A stretch of DNA of 53,946 bases, counting the filler, from Basidiobolus ranarum (lineage: Eukaryota): assembly GCA_040143965.1 (NCBI GenBank). It is 2 parts of 2 records of this genome, joined end to end, with 100 filler letters (N's around TTAATTAATTAA, not from the genome) between each part and the next. Parts side by side here need not be neighbours in the genome. Positions count along the whole stretch, not along the records: positions 27,028 to 53,946 come from JASJQH010007004.1; 1 more part is not named here. The stretch is one strand, 5' to 3'. Each line of letters begins with the position of its first letter. The stretch's first letter is position 1. Positions 52,551 to 53,946 of this stretch are shown in pieces. A program made the translations under genes and the position numbers. The notes below the pieces were generated by a model. The model was not told the origin of the DNA, ran no database searches, and saw nothing but the letters and a program-made list of their open reading frames with translations.

Positions 52551-53946
52551 GTCAATTTGCTGCTTATACCGTTCAGCAATATCACGACGCTTCAACTTTT
52601 GAGCAGCGGTGAGGAGATTGTTTTCTGGTGTCCATTCTTCATCAATAACGCAGACATCGTGTAGGAGTTCGGCAGACACAAAGTTATTTCTCTTAGCTAT
52701 GGCGAGAAGATCATCGTGCACCGCTTTTTTAACTTTGGGGTTTTGTGCTAATTCACCATGGGACATCTTTTCGTAGCCATCAACGTCACGTTGTTTGGCT
52801 AGATTGCGAAGTTTTTCTTCACCACATACTATTATAGCTACAGGTCGAGATTGGAAGGAATCGGCATACACACACAAATTATCAGCATATACCGAAGTCT
52901 TGTAGAGTGATTCAAGCTTTTCTAATGCGATGTATTCACCGTTTGACAACTTCACTAAATTCTTCTTACGATCGATGATGCCAAGGGTACCGTCAGGAAG
53001 CCATTCACCAATATCTCCGGTCATCAACCAGCCATCGTCGGTCAATATCTCTTTGGTAAGCTCCTCATTCTTGAAATATCCCTTCATATTGGCGGGTCCA
53101 CGTACCCACACTTCACCACGTTGAGGGGTGTTGCTGGTAAGGTAATTGGCTTCAGGTACATCAACCAGTTTGATTTCAGCACAAGGAACGGGTGGCCCGT
53201 TGGACTTAATGACCTTAACTTCAGGGTTCATGATTGCGGCCATAGCAGTGGCTTCAGTCATACCATAAGCTTGGAGAACGGTACAGATACATGTGGTTAA
53301 GAAAGCTTGTGTTTCAGGGGCGATCGGGGCACCACCAGATAAAGCGTAACGTAAACGGCCACCGGTGGCTTTTTTAATCTTGTTGAAAATAATAGTATCC
53401 CAAATTCCAGAAGGAATACCAGCATTCTTCAAAAAGTTTTTGTTACGGAAAGCAAGATCGAATACTACTCGCGCCAATTTACCAGAATTCTGGACTTGAG
53501 ACATAACACCTTTACGGATGGTTTCCCAAACAGCTGGAACACCACACATGATGGTGGGGCAAAGTTCACGTAAATCACCCTTACAATTACGAACTGAAGC
53601 ATCAGTCAATGTACGAGGATTACTGTAACCAATAGGCAAACCCAAATACACTATATAGTTCTCCACTGCAAATTCAAAGATATGAGCCAACGGAAGGTAT
53701 GCGATAACTACATCGGTATCAGGGTTAAGAATGGGGCCAATCCATATATCGACACCAGCAATAGCAGCAACAACGTTAGCGTGAGTAAGCATAACACCTT
53801 TGGGGTTTCCAGTAGAACCGGAGGTGTACATGATACAGGCTACATCCTCAGCTTGAGGAAGGTTCTTCTCTATAGGGTTCTTCTCGCCTAGACTACGAAT
53901 CTCTTCGTATGTATAAATACCAAGCTCTGGGAAGTCTCCCTTAAAG
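52539..53946 (-). CDS. Long-chain fatty acyl-CoA synthetase (Faa1/Faa4-like), 5' part outside the window
   Basis: YTSGSTGNPKGV, YLPLAHIFE, YGMTE and GWLMTGDIG...IIDRKKNLVKLSNGEYIALEKLE. Confidence 0.95.
   Translation of the reverse strand, partial: FKGDFPELGIYTYEEIRSLGEKNPIEKNLPQAEDVACIMYTSGSTGNPKGVMLTHANVVAAIAGVDIWIGPILNPDTDVVIAYLPLAHIFEFAVENYIVYLGLPIGYSNPRTLTDASVRNCKGDLRELCPTIMCGVPAVWETIRKGVMSQVQNSGKLARVVFDLAFRNKNFLKNAGIPSGIWDTIIFNKIKKATGGRLRYALSGGAPIAPETQAFLTTCICTVLQAYGMTEATAMAAIMNPEVKVIKSNGPPVPCAEIKLVDVPEANYLTSNTPQRGEVWVRGPANMKGYFKNEELTKEILTDDGWLMTGDIGEWLPDGTLGIIDRKKNLVKLSNGEYIALEKLESLYKTSVYADNLCVYADSFQSRPVAIIVCGEEKLRNLAKQRDVDGYEKMSHGELAQNPKVKKAVHDDLLAIAKRNNFVSAELLHDVCVIDEEWTPENNLLTAAQKLKRRDIAERYKQQIDSMY

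Overview
Gene-dense, AT-rich, intron-rich eukaryotic DNA, most likely from an early-diverging (non-Dikarya) fungus; a Basidiobolus-like/Zoopagomycota or Mucoromycota source is an inference. About 25 protein-coding genes are recognisable. Housekeeping genes: RPL15, RPL10, RPS10, RPL3, IMP4, MGE1, HEM13, VMA10, NAT3, GCV1, PEX4, DIC1, NDUFAF7 and an acyl-CoA synthetase. Cell-cycle/repair genes: SPC105/KNL1, SKY1, RAD9 and a FIRRM/C1orf112 homologue. Several genes resemble animal genes missing from model yeasts: Integrator subunit 10-like, RNF220-like, C9orf85-like and FIRRM. The clearest unusual signals are (i) a U12-type AT-AC minor intron in the FIRRM-like gene, (ii) a probable Integrator subunit 10 in a fungus, and (iii) a ~4 kb CpG-depleted transposon graveyard with a Copia pol relic and an LTR whose 11-nt primer-binding site is complementary to its own predicted transcript start (Tf1-type self-priming). 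A 100-nt artificial gap linker at 26928-27027 means the two halves may not be contiguous. Exon boundaries were deduced by eye and homologies come from remembered family motifs; no database searches were run.
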